Source of the DNA: Callorhinchus milii
Taxonomy: Eukaryota
NCBI RefSeq assembly: GCF_018977255.1
Contig: NW_024704743.1
Coordinates: 87,732,001-87,796,000, forward strand
Length of the DNA: 64,000 nucleotides
Reading direction: 5' to 3'
The notes beneath the pieces are model-generated. The model saw only the letters and a list, made by a program, of their open reading frames with translations, ran no database searches and was not told the DNA's origin. The translations under genes were made by a program, and so were the position numbers. Below are positions 39,150 to 51,639 of the stretch, piece by piece. The stretch's first letter is position 1. Each line of letters opens with the position of its first letter.

Positions 39150-39960
39150 CATTTAAAATGTGCACCAGTGCTGGAACAATGGCCTGGGCTTTTTCTCAGG
39201 GAAGAAACAATTAAAGTCGGTTTAAATTCATGCCGTCCTCTTTATAATTCAGCATTTATTTAATAACAGGTAATCAGCCGACATATTGAAACCCAAATTA
39301 ATGCCTGTCAAAAATGATGCATTGAAATGAAACAGAAAATATTAAGGTACATTATTTATGCTAATATCCATAATCCCATCTGTCCGGTTTGCAAACTATA
39401 AACAGCACACTTCTGGATTTAAAATCTTTAGCCCTCAATTATGTTGCTTTTGAAGGTTATGTAAGTAGCACAGTCATCAGGAAATATTGAGCCATGTATA
39501 AAATTATGAAAATTGCCCAATTTTTGAAACCTATACATTAGAGAAACGTGTGCTGAGCAGTTTTATTAATTTAGTCAGCGCTCCCATTAAAATCGGCCCT
39601 GAAGCACTAATTACAAATGTGGACTCGAGACACTAAGTCAACGCCATTTTACAATGTTATTCCCTGTTTTACTTCACAACGTACTTCATTTGTGTTGCCT
39701 AGCAGGGCAAAACAGGCGAGAGAGAGAGAGAGAGCCTCAGTGCACTGTATCTTACTGTGTACATTTTTGAAAATGTAATTAAAATTGAATATGCCACCTG
39801 ACTATTATTGATAAAAATAAAAGTGTCTTTCAAGTCTGGATTGTGTGCTGAATTTGTGTGAAATGTTTTTCTAGAGTTTTGATTTTTTTTTCTTTCCGCA
39901 CTTGTGCGATAAGGAGCATTTTACTGCAGTGACAGTCTTGGCGTGGAGTGCACTCATTCA
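39150..39960. promoter_or_regulatory. Candidate conserved non-coding element / enhancer
   Basis: Repeat-free apart from a short (GA)n, dense in TAAT/ATTA, AATTAATGCCTGTCA, locally retained CpGs. Conservation not checked. Confidence 0.4.
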
Positions 39961-41069
39961 AGGCATTGTGTTTCATCCCTGCACGTCTCAACATAGGAAA
40001 TGAAAAACTTCCACAGTAAAAAGCAGAACAGAGACAGTTATGCCTTCTTGTATTTCTGGGTCAGACAATTACATAGCTATGCTTAGGTTATTAGTGTCCT
40101 CTCTGAATTCCCTATTTTTTTTTCTTCAGATCTGTAGTGAGATCTCCTTTCAGCCCATGTGTTAGTCACTCAGTTTGTCAAATTGCTGGTGAATGCGCTG
40201 TTGTGGTAGCTTCTGCCCTTGTGAATGGACTGGACTGATATGAGACAATGAGCCTGTGCCATGCCCTATAGTGGTGATAGGAGTCCTGTGACCCATCTGC
40301 TGCTCCCCTTCTGCCCTTGGTTTAACGCACAGAAACTCAAGGGGCAGCCAGGCAGAAGTGTGTTAAAGCAGACAGAAGTCTGCAGACAAAACCAAGTTAG
40401 TGCTAAAACGTATTATTTTAAACATGCTAGGAGAAGCTCTTTGACCCGTTGTCAAAGAGCTGATAAAGAGTAAACTGTGAGAGAAAGCAAACACATGGAG
40501 AGGGATAAAAAGCAGCCGCCCAGATTTTTTCCATAGGATTACAGGGGAAATCAGGCAAATGGGAGGTTAACTTTCTAAGCAGCTGTTTTAGGTATTTGCT
40601 GAGAAAGGTATAATCTATTTGAGCCATATGTTGCAATGCAGGATATACATTCATTATTGTATAATCATCAAAACAGCACAAGGAAGGAGTGACAGTGAAA
40701 AGACAGTTGTGTACGGCATGAACAGCTGCCTCACAACCCAATACACTTTGTCTTCAGCTCCAGCTCAAAGCTCATCTGGAAGTGTTTTTGATCGCTTACG
40801 CGATTTTCGTGTGATTGTCTTCCCAGTAAATTTCCTTGTCCAGTTGTTACTGGGATCAACACAAATCATTTCCCTTTAAAATGCTTTATTAGCTATCCAC
40901 ATGCTGCTACATTTCAAAATGTGCGAGGAACAATTTCAAAATGTGCGAAGGATAATAGAACAAAGACTGATCCATCCATGCCTGATTATTTGCTATCTAA
41001 GACCATGTCACTCAGTTTCCTGAATATAACAGATGCACTAGTTTGCTGTATAAAACATATCAAAATGGT

Positions 41070-41690
41070 CAACAACACTTATACAGCACCTTTCCCATAG
41101 GTATATGTCTCAAAAACTTAACAAAAATGGAGTGGGAGCCCGAGTTTGGTGGGGAGTAAGGGGTAAGTGGCACAAGGTGCAGGTATAGAGTTAGATTTTT
41201 AGATGGGTTTTAAGAACTGAGAGGGAGGGGATCGAGAAGGAGGGATTTCAAAAGGGAGTTCCATAGGTTGAGGCAAAGTGGTCCATAGGTCAATTCACGA
41301 CTGTTTGTGGGACACTGCTGTGCGCAATTGGCTGCTGTGTTTCGCCCACAAAATATAGTCAATTCACTTTGCAGTATATTTTGTGAAGCGCTTTGAGATG
41401 TCTAGAAGACGTAAAAGCACTATATCAAATGCAACAATTATTATATTATTTTTATATATATAAGTGGCTGAAAGCTTACCTGCCAGTGCTGGAGTGGAGA
41501 GGCCCTGGGGCACGAACCAGGCCAGCTAGAGTTGGGGGAGCGGAGGGAGTGGTCAAGGGTGTAGAGCCACAGAAGATGCAGACATGATGGGGCAAGGCTG
41601 TAGGTGCATTTGAAAGTAATGACTATAATCTAAAGTTGATCTATTGGGGCATAATTAGCCAGCCCATGGAGCCTGACGAGAATCATGAAA
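41070..41690 (-). mobile_element. L2 3' fragment containing a 5'-truncated SINE (+, 41282-41461, TSD AAGTGG)
   Basis: AAGTGG at 41276-41281 and 41462-41467 flanks a SINE 3' half; the flanks continue L2 GTTCCA...GGCTGAAAGC. Confidence 0.8.
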
Positions 41691-42097
41691 TTATTGCATA
41701 TGCTTACAAAGACAGCATCACTACACTTTACAGTATAGCCTCTGAAGAACTTTGAGCCAGGCTCTTGATGTGATAGGTGCAAATTCAAAAGCAAAGATTA
41801 TCATTATATAATAAAATCAAAAGTCACATTGTAAATAGTGGTTAAAAATATAATCCGATGATACTTATAAGACCTGTTTCAGTAGGTCTCACATCCTGAT
41901 ATTATTCTCCATATAAATGACATCAAGAACCATTTTGCTAAATTGATTATTTTTTACTCTATGGCCCCATAACTATGAGATTAATTTTACAGTACTTCTT
42001 AATTAATTTATTTCAGTAACTGGAAAGCTGCCATGCTCATTATTCCAATGTGAGGGACACCATTCCAAAAACAACATGAGGTAAAATGGGGGACAAG

Positions 42098-42238
42098 TTT
42101 GGGGAGGACAAGTTTGCAGGGCTATGGGGAGAGAGCGGGGGAGTGGGATTGAATTGGATAGCTCTTTTCAAAGAGCCAACACAGACACGATGGGCCAAAT
42201 GGCCTCCTTCTGTGCTGTATAATTCTATGATTCTATGA
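42098..42238 (+). mobile_element. CR1 LINE 3' UTR
   Basis: GATGGGCCAAATGGCCTCCTTCTGTGCTGTATAATTCTATGATTCTATGA, with an 8-bp repeat tail. Confidence 0.9.
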
Positions 42239-42504
42239 AAAGAGTGTTCATAGACTTCCAGATTTCTTGTTTCATTATAATTAAGAAAGCTGTAAGGAGA
42301 ATATCATAAAATTGATCACTATGAAAATTTCCATACATAGATAGCATACATACTCTCAGATATGGAATGGATGCTCTTAAGCAATTGTCAGACACCCAAC
42401 TGACCAAAAACATTATCAAATTGGATTGCTATCCTCTGGTTTTTATTACAGTGGAGATATTTGATCTACCGCTCTCTTTTTTCTTCTCCCCCCACCCTCC
42501 CTCC

Positions 42505-42889
42505 TGTATGTGCTGTATGTTGATCTGAGTGAGGGATCTCAATACTGTGAAACAACTTATTATCCCACTTTATGTTCAGTATCAAGCACTCCCAGGTTAG
42601 GTGTAGCACATGCCAGATGCAGAATATAATAAGGCTCCCTCTACATGACCTGAACAAGACATTTTATCACACATCTCTGAAGTGCCCTCACCATAGCACC
42701 AGTGTGATGTTTCCACTTCCAATAGAAGCCCTCTCTGAATCAAATTAATTAGTGTCAAATTAATGACAGTTTTGTTTTACAGGATTATGCTGAAAAAGAG
42801 AGAAGAGACTTTCTTAAGGGCTGCATTTGAACCTGGATCCCAAAGGGTGAAAGGAGAGAGCTCGAACCTCCTACACTAACCAATCCGCC
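42505..42889 (-). mobile_element. tRNA-head SINE resembling LF-SINE
   Basis: Reverse strand CCTTTCACCCTTTGGGATCCAGGTTCAAATGCAGCCC head, AAAACTGTCATTAATTTGACACTAATT, GAGGGAGCCTT...GTGCTACACCT. Confidence 0.55.
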
Positions 42890-43010
42890 AACTGATAACT
42901 CACCTCACTTGAAACATGTTGTGCTGGATTATTAATAATCATAAGTATATGCAGCACGACTGCTCTCCAGCACAAATAATTGCCTCTAATGAACATGGAC
43001 CACTACTTAT

Positions 43011-43256
43011 AGGCCTGAAATTCCACCTAGTCTTATCCGGTGAAACCATCTTGCCTTAAAATTTAAACCTGCACAGAATTGTGGATAAATTCTTAAATTA
43101 AGCCTTGATTTGAAAGCTATTTTCTTACAGTTCTAAATAAGAATGGGCCTCAAAATGAAAATTGAAATCAAGAATTTTACACAAATCCATGTGATCCAAA
43201 TATTTTACTACAGAATGGTCTTACGGGCTAACACTAAGAGGATTTCCAAGAGTCCC
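43011..43256. mobile_element. Palindromic MITE-family copy
   Basis: GGCCTGAAATTCCACCTAGTCTT start; internal AAATTCTTAAATT / AAATCAAGAATTT and ACCATCTTG / CAGAATGGT inverted pairs. Confidence 0.6.
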
Positions 43257-43549
43257 ATATGAAAACTGATATTGAAACTACATTATAAAATAATGGTGAA
43301 AATGGTCTATTGATTCTTGCTTTACTGGTGCTCACCTGCTGTTGTATCTGCAGACTCACTTGAAAAGGGATTTCAAAGATCTGCTTTTCACCCATAATGT
43401 ATAGTATTTAGCGTATGATCCATTTATGTAATGATATGAAAATTACAACATTTGACAATTCTATTTTCTGCTTTGTCATCACATCACTTATGGTCTACTA
43501 GTATAATGAAAAACACTAATACAGAGATCCTAAACCATGGAAATATATA

Positions 43550-44035
43550 TAATAATAACATAGCTTTTTGCATTTGATATCTCACCTATCAAGTCAATAT
43601 CTCTCAAACTGCTCTCAGGTAACTGTTATTGGTGAAGTGACTGTGTATTTGTTGGCAAACATGGCAACCAATTTACATACAGTAAGGTTCTGCAAATTCA
43701 GAAAGTGAATGACAAACTTATCTGGAGGATTATTGGACAAGATACTGGGAGAAACTCCTTTCTCATTTTTAAATAGTGCAAAGGCATCTTTGACACCCAC
43801 CTAAATAATAATACCTGTTTAATAAAAATTGTCTGCTGAACAAGCTCCCAAGAACCTTAATAAGCAGATGGGTCCTCGATTTACAGCACCATCCAAATGA
43901 TGGCACCTTTGATAAGGCAGTTCTTCCAGCATTACACTGGAGTGTGATCCGTATCTAGGAGCTTAAATCCCAAAGGAGCATTTGAAGTCACAATTGTCTA
44001 ACTCAAAGGTGAGAGCCCCATCAGCTAAGGCAAGA
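43550..44035 (-). mobile_element. Old Deu-domain SINE
   Basis: TTGCATTTGATAT tail, GGAGGATTATTGGACAAGATACTGGGAGAAACTCC core, head near 43980-44035. Confidence 0.8.
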
Positions 44036-46124
44036 TTAGGTTCTAACATATGATTGCTAAAAACTGCAATCTTTTCGTTACTTATTTATAACAAGAAATT
44101 TCAGCAAATAGTAATATTATCACTATATTTTTTGATTGGTGCATGACACACCTTATTGTATGGTATTAGCTTTCCATTCTATGATGGAAAATACCAGTCA
44201 TGCCCTCATATCAGTTAATAACAGGTAACACTGATATAATGAGAACTATAAAGATCCCTTTTAAAAGAATAACCATGGTAGTAGACAACAGATAAAATAA
44301 AATATTCCTTACATTTGATATAGTGCTTTTCACATCAGGAGGATATCTCAAAGCACTTCACATGATTTATTGAAAAGTATAGTGACTGTATTTGTAAGCA
44401 CAGCAATTTCCCATAAACAACAATGACCAATTTTATTTGAGGGATTGTTGATCCAAACAGATACGAAAAGCAAGGAAATTTGAAATCAAATTCTCATTCT
44501 TAGTCCTCACAAACAACATCTCATGTGGGTGGTTTGGATTTTTGGCATTTTCCATTTACATTTTAAATAACATCTTTATTTTAAAAGTACATTTTAAAAA
44601 TGTTAAAGTACATGAAACTAATAAATCGACAATAAAAGCTCACCTATCTTCTTCAGAGAGCAATGACATGCCTATATTGGCATGTAATGTACTTACGTTC
44701 CACCTCTTCTCTTTTCTCCTTCCAAATCCTGTTATTATTTAGGGTCAGGCTCACTGAGATTATGTGAGCCAGACATCTCTGGATATGTCATGTGTGTTAC
44801 ATTTGGCAGTAGAAATGATCGCCCTGAAAAAGATGTGACTGGAATGTCTCAACATTTTTATTTCAGATGGAAAGTTCCAGATTTTATCATTTATATTATT
44901 GCCTTTAATACTATGAGCTGAAGAACCACCAAATAAAACTTGCATGACAAACTGCTTATTTAAGGTGATACAAAGCTTAGAATGAATTTATTTGGCACTA
45001 TTCATTTTTCTGCTTATAATTCCACTTTATACATTACTGCTAGACTAAAAGTGAGTGAGATAGTGAGAAAGTGAGTGAATGAATAGGCAATGAATAGACA
45101 TTAGGATAGCGAGTGAATAGACAATTTGTTCCCAGGTTATTTCCATTCTTAAGATGGCTCTTAGTACATCCATTAGAATCAAGTGACTCATTTTGTAATA
45201 TATTTTTCACCTTTTGCAGGAATGTCTATGACCTCCGATAGAGTGAGACACATTGTGAGGGATGTCACACGTTAAATCCACATCTTACTAGTTCAAGAAA
45301 CAAGCTGGCAATTCACTGGAATATAAGATTCCACCCTATTAATTCAATCCTCCCAAGTAACCAATGACCAATGTGGTCAATGAAGACACAGTGGCATTGA
45401 TGCTCAACCAGCACACGGCACAAATCTTAAACCATCCAATAATGGTACCTAAAAGCTAACAGGTTTGAGAAATGAGGGGAGACAACAATGAGCACTGACC
45501 AGCTTGTAAGGGTTGTTTCTCCACCATTTGACATATTAGTGGAATCTATTGTGGATGAAGGGGAGCAGTGTTTGTGTTTTCAGGGTTTTCTCCAAAACAT
45601 ATTGGGAAGAGCAATGGAAAAAGGCAAGAGCGTGTCGCACAAACATAGCACAGGCCAAGAGGTCCTGCAAAGGTTATTTCATCCAAAAAAAGGGCAGAGA
45701 AATATTGATGCCCACTGGTTAGGAGGCATACGGTACACAAATAGAGATGGAGCAAATACATTGTTATACAGTCAAATTGTGGATGAGGCTAAGCACTTTG
45801 AGTAGCAACCTTGGTTTTAAATCCAAAAATCTGACAGTTATATGGGGTTTCAAATGTGAGGTTATACGACAAGCCATGTTACCTGTGTCTCATTAGAGCT
45901 TAACATAGTCTCATAGACAAAACTGATGTACAACTGTAGGGAAGCTGGCAGAAACAGATGACCCCTTTGCAACCATCTCCCACCCACACACTTTTCTTGG
46001 TGGATGTATGGTGGACTGGTTGGCTGGGAGACAACGCAAAAAACTTGAGAAGAATTAAATGGGTGGCAGAGTGCACATCTGATTTGCCAATCTATGAATG
46101 AAATACTGCAAGAATGGCCTTGCA

Positions 46125-46978
46125 AAATTCCCTGTACATCAAGAACTGGATGAGCGCAAATTTTCTGCAGTTAAACATCAACAAGACGGAAGTCATACTC
46201 TTCGGCTCCCGCCGACATCTTCCATCCCATAGTTCTGACCTCAACCTACCCAACTGGTCCTCAAAACTCTACGAACTTAGGCGTCAGATTCGATCCCCAG
46301 TTATCCTTCCTCCCCCACATCCGGTCGCTGACCAGCACTGCTTCTTCCACCTCTACCACATTGCCCGTCTCCACCAATACCTTACCCCAAAAGATGCCGA
46401 AACCCTTGTCCATGCCTTTGTCATCTCTCAGCTGGACTACTCTGACGTCCTCCTCACCGGTCTCCCCTCCTCCACTATCCACAAAATTCAGCTCATTCAA
46501 AACTCCGCCGCCTGCATTCTCACCCGCACCAAACTTTGTGCCCCGATTACTCCAGTCCTTACCAAACTCCACTGGCTCCCTGTCACAGGGCTGATCGACT
46601 TCAAGATCCTCACTCTAGTGTTTAAATCCCTCCATTCCTTGGCACACCCCTATCTCTCTAACCTCCTCTTTCCCCACAGCAGTACCAGCTGCCTCCGCTC
46701 TACTGGGTCCACCCTCCTCTGTGTCCCCCGAATCCTCCGCTCCACCATCACTATGCCTTCAACCACTATGCCCCTAAACTTTGGAACTCCCTCCCTCAAC
46801 CCCTTTGTCTAGTCTCCTCCTTCCTCATCTTCAGGTTGTGCCTGAAGACCTTCCTCTTTGACCGCACCTATAGTCACCTTCCCCCTTCCCTGACTCAGCC
46901 TTGGGCTCCGCCATTGTTAAGCACTCTGAGATGCCACCTGGCGTGGAGGGCGCTATATAAATGCAAGTTGTTGTTGTT
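46125..46978 (+). pseudogene. L2 LINE ORF2 C-terminus and 3' tail
   Basis: WMSANFLQLNINKTEVILFG...LVHAFVISQLDY...LHWLPV...FKILTLVFK; ends GGCGCTATATAAATGCAAG(TTG)n. Confidence 0.95.
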
Positions 46979-47647
46979 TGTACATGAATATTCCTGTGCT
47001 TTACGAAAGTAGATATTAGAGTATAATGTTTTAGGAAGGATTTGTTGGTTACATGGTAATGATAGTAGTATCACCTTAGTTTTTAAAGGATTATGTGTTC
47101 TGCAGACACTGATACAGATCCTTGTAATAAACAATAATAGTAAATAATTTGGCATTTAGTAAAGTAGAAAAATAACAGGTCATTCTGGGGATTGGCTTCC
47201 TACATGAATAGAATTGCTACCAATTGTCATTCATGGCCTTATAGAAAGCCTTAACAAGCTTAATTGTATTTTTTAAGATATATTTGCATACCTCTTTTAG
47301 GACTGTTTCTAGGTATTAATAGACAGGTCATTCCTGACATGAACTGATTGCTGGTAAAAATCTGCAATCCTTACCTGCACCAAACTCCATACATGCATTC
47401 CTTGCCAGGCTCCATTAGTTCATTATCTCCCAGCAGATTGATTTCAACATACTCACCCTTACCTATAATTCCATTCACATCCTAGCACTTCCTTATCTCT
47501 CTGATCATCTTCTCCCTCACTTCTCTGCTCATTTGTTGTCGGTTGCTGAGCTTTCAAATTCTACGGCCACGAGCCCTAATATTTACTCCCTCAACATTTA
47601 CTATCTCACCCCTCTCTATCTTTAAGCCTCATCTTAAAACATACCTG

Positions 47648-47782
47648 AAAAGGCAAAGTACTGCAGATGCTGGAAATCTGGTATTTACACAGAAGTCACT
47701 GGGAACATGCACCATGTCAGGCAGATTCCATGGAGAGAAGAAAATAAGTTAACATTTCAGGTCTATGATCTTTCACTTGAAC
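47648..47782 (-). mobile_element. Penelope-like terminal repeat with a decayed hammerhead ribozyme
   Basis: Plus strand ACTGCAGATGCTGGAAATCTG...TCAGGCAGATTCCATGGAGAGA...GTTAACATTTCAGGTCTATGATCTTTCACTTGAAC resembles the shark Penelope-type terminal repeat as recalled. Confidence 0.65.
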
Positions 47783-47893
47783 TTTCGTTAAAATTTACCT
47801 CTCTGACCGGGCCTATGTTTACTTCCTCTTTCCTCCTCACTCTCAGCGTCTGACCCCTGTCTTTATAAAGCGCTTCAAGATATTATCCTACAT

Positions 47894-48051
47894 TTTGTTT
47901 GTGGGACATTGCTGTGCGCAATTGGCTGCCGCGTTCGCCCACAAATATACAGTCAATTCACTTTACAGTGTGTTCTGTGAAGCGCTTTGGGACGTCCTCC
48001 TGACGTGAAAAGCGCAATATCAAATGCAAGGATTATTATTATTATTATTAT
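47894..48051 (+). mobile_element. Young 5'-truncated SINE inserted in an L2 tail, TSD TACAT
   Basis: Near-identical to ~26336-26490; TACAT at 47889-47893 and 48052-48056. Confidence 0.9.
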
Positions 48052-48619
48052 TACATGAAGGGAGCTATATAAATCCTAAGGTCACAAGATTGGTTTGGAT
48101 GAAAAAAAACCTTCGGCCCATCAGATCTCACTCCTGCAGAATGCCCACCCTACAATCCTCCCATCACAGCTTTAAGCCGCTTTTTTTAAAAATAAGTTCA
48201 AAATCCTGGCCTCAATCGCACAAATTGTAATTATTGTACAGTATTCTGTTCACCTGGTTATTCCATTGTAACTGGTCACTAGATTAGGAAAAGCAAAATA
48301 CCCTAACCACGTGAAAGTTTTATGAAAACTATGTACTCTAAACAATAACAAACCCCAGGGAGTGAGCTCAGAACGGATCTTAATTTAATCTTGTGGTTCA
48401 CATGACATTTAGAAACTGATCAAGATTCACTTGTTTGCTTTATGAGGTAATCTGAACCCTTTAATTTGATTCTAGCCTTCATCTCACACCCAAGTATCCA
48501 TTACTGTATATTTACTAATATAATCCAAAGAATAAAATTGCATCTGTATTGACATAAGGGTATATCATATAATTACATTTATGTTCTTTTATTTTATATT
48601 CCTGTTGAATACATTTATG

Positions 48620-49070
48620 TCTCAGTTCTTCAAATCTCCTTCAGGCTGACAGACTTAAAATACACCCTTTGAAAAGCTCAGCAACTAATTTTATTAATTT
48701 CATTGACCGAATTTTATTAAAGCTGGAAAATTTCTGTTGCAAGACTGCTGATCTAATTGCCAGAAATATTACTGCAGCTATCCTCCCTGTGTCATAAATT
48801 TTAAATGTGACGAATGAAACAGACTCTTCAAGTCTCAAAGCTTTTCCATGGGCCGCTCATTAATAAAATATTCTGGTGCCGCAAGGCAAGTTTTTTTCCC
48901 CCCTTAGATCTATAAAAGATATTTTTAGTGCTCACACTCAGTGATACAGCTCAGAAAAAGTATATATTCTTTCATCACAAGCAGATCTGTCAGAAATTAA
49001 CAGTTTTTAAAATGAACGTTCGCTACAAACGGGTAGCAACAATTGGCTCAGTGAGTTATTTTATTTTCCC
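48620..49070. promoter_or_regulatory. Candidate conserved non-coding element / enhancer
   Basis: Repeat-free; TGACAG, CTAATTTTATTAATTTCATTGA, CTAATTG, GTCATAAA, CATTAATAAAA homeodomain-type sites. Confidence 0.4.
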
Positions 49071-49347
49071 AATCCTTCAGTCTCTTTAATTCTTTAAAAC
49101 AAAGACCAGTTGAATACATAGGGCAGTGCTAAATCCCTGGGGACACCTTTAACAGGCTCTTGCTGAATCCCAAATCTATTGTGCCAAGGAGTGTATGGCT
49201 GCTTTGGCGATTAATCTGTTGTCAGTAAATAGTCCTTCATCTTGAAATCGGTTGTTAAAGGCTTCCAACTAGAGGGCACTGGAATGACTACTCAGATTAG
49301 ATATTGCTGCCTGGTTCACAAAAGTTATTGGGTAGAAATAGTCCGAT

Positions 49348-49560
49348 GCTTGAAATTTTACCAAGTCTTAGCTTGCAAGACCATTTTGTCTTCACATTTA
49401 ATTCTTAAATGGAGAATTCTTAAATTCAGGCTTAATTTGGAACAACTGCAGAGAAAGAGACTTTCACATTAAAATGCAAGTTTTTCACAATTCTGAATGA
49501 TCTTAGCATTTTATACAAAAATTAGTCTCAAGGTGAAGACTTAAGGTGGAATTTTGGGCC
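49348..49560. mobile_element. Palindromic MITE-family copy
   Basis: GAAATTTTACCAAGTCTT start versus AAGACTTAAGGTGGAATTTTGGGCC end. Confidence 0.7.
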
Positions 49561-49596
49561 TCTTGACCCACTCATGAGCAATTTATCAAGAGTATA

Positions 49597-51055
49597 ACAA
49601 CAACAGCAACAACAACAAAATTGCATTTATAGAGCACCCTTCACGTCGGGAGGATGTCCCAAAGCGCTGAACAGTCAGGTGTCGGGGCCCAAGCATAGGG
49701 GAGGGGTGGTGTAGGGGTGAGGGAAGGCAACAACAACAAGATTCCATTTATAGAGCGCCTTTCACGTCGGGAGGACGTCCCAAGGTGCTGGACAGTTGGG
49801 TCGGGACCCAAGCAGGGGGGAAATGGTCAGGGTGAGGGGAGGGAAGGGAGGGAGCGAGGAGGGGGTAGAGAGTCGAGAGGGGAGCTGAAGGCATGGTTAA
49901 AGGAAAGGTCTTGAGACCGGCTTTGAAGGAGGAAAGGGAGGAAGCAAGGCGAAGGCACTGGGGAATAGAATTCCAGAGCCTAGGGGCTGAGAGGCTGAAA
50001 GCCCGGCCACCGATGGTAGGGCAGTAGGGGCGGGGGATGTGGAGCAGAATGAAGCCAGAGGAACGGAGGGTACGAGCAGGTAAGTAGGTGGATAGTAGGT
50101 CAGACAGGTAGGAGGGAGCAAGGCCATGAATGGCCTTGTAGGTGAGGATGAGGATCTTGAATTCGAATTCTTGAAGGCAGAGAGGTGGAAGGGAGACCAA
50201 AGGCATGGTCGAAGAGAAAGGTCTTGAGACTGACCTTGAAGGAGGCGAGGGAGGAAGCGATGTGAAGGGACCGTGGGATGGAGTTCCAGAGTGTGGGGGC
50301 AGAGAGGCTGAAAGCCCGGCCACCGATGGTAGAGCGGGTCGGGCTGGAGACTTGGGGCAGGCCAGAGCCCGATGAACGGAGGAAGCGGGCAGGTTGGTAT
50401 GGAATCAGCAGGTCAGAGAGGTAGGAGAAGGCAAGGCCGTGGATGGCCTTAAAGGTGAGGATGAGGATCTTGAACTCAATCCTCTGGGGGATGGGGAGCC
50501 AGTGGAGTCGGGCGAGGGTGGGAGTGATGAAGTCACGGAGCCTGGTGCGTGAGAGTACACGATCTGCAGAGTTTTGGATGATCTGCAGCTCGTGAAGGAA
50601 AGAGTTGGGAAGGCCGATGAGGAGGGAGTTCCCATAATCAAGCCTTGAGGTGACAAATGCATAGGTGAGCATTTCAGCAGCCTGAGGGGTGAGGTAGTGG
50701 CGGAGTCTGGCAATGTTGCAGAGGTGGTGGTAGGCAGTGCCGGTCATGGTGCGGATGTGGGGGAGAAAGGACAGCTCAGGATCAAACAAGATACCCAAAT
50801 TCCTGACTGGCTTAGTGAGGTTGAGTGTGCAGCTGTGCAGGCTGATGCTGCCAGCGCCTGAGTTGTGGAGGCGTTGGTGCGAGCCAATCAGGAGGGCCTC
50901 GGTCTTGCTGACGTTGAGCTGGAGAAAGTTGGCCCTCGTCAGTACTTGATGTCGGACAGGCAGTTGGTCAGGACGCCAGTAGTCCTGGAGTTGAGGGTGG
51001 AGGCAGAGAGGTGGAGTTGGGTGTCATCTGCATACATGCGGAAATTTACCCCATA
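49597..51055 (-). pseudogene. L2 LINE (ORF2 from MYADD to the tail) interrupted in its 3' UTR by a second L2
   Basis: [50 protein letters not shown]; its 3' UTR and tail resume at 49597-49729. Confidence 0.95.
49730..50172 (-). mobile_element. Younger 5'-truncated L2 inserted in the older L2, TSD GAAGGCA
   Basis: GAAGGCA at 49723-49729 and 50173-50179; highly similar to 54837-55250. Confidence 0.9.
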
Positions 51056-51639
51056 ACGTTTGAAAATGAGATGTAACTATTGAATTCCAGCATTCCATCA
51101 GATTAATTCCTCACTGTGACTGATGTCACTCATCCACCTGGATCATGCAAACACAATCCTCTACAATCTCCAGGTGGATCCCCTGTTGTACCTGAAACAT
51201 GTTTCGCCCACTTCTGTAAATCCCTCGACCGCTCCACTCAACTAAACTGGGGCCGTGTTTTCAGTCACTATGCCTCTCTGCCTGAATCCATGTGCCCTCA
51301 CCCTCTTTGCCCATCTTCACATGACACTTGAAGGCTTTCTATTTGATCATAACCTCCCTTTTTTCCCCAAATCAGCATCAAACTACTCCATTGTTAAGCA
51401 TTCAAAGACACTACTTCATGTGAAGGGCGCTATATAAACACAAGTTCTTAGTGATGATGACTGGTGTTCTGGAGGGATGGCACCTGATGGGCCAAAGGGC
51501 TTTCTTCATCCAGACCAACCTTGTGACCTTGTGATTTTAAGGCTTTGTCCCCTTGTAATGGTTTCCTCCACCAGAGGGAAGAGTGGTTCACTGTTTCTTT
51601 CCTTTGAGATATTTAAATACCTCAATCAAACCTCAATTA

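Noticed and set aside
40908..40952. Short tandem duplication; similar ones at ~1685-1737 and ~55938-55975
   Set aside because: Ordinary slippage or repair duplications.
45488..45805. 105-aa ATG-initiated ORF
   Set aside because: No recognisable motif or splice context; the length is within chance expectation for 64 kb.
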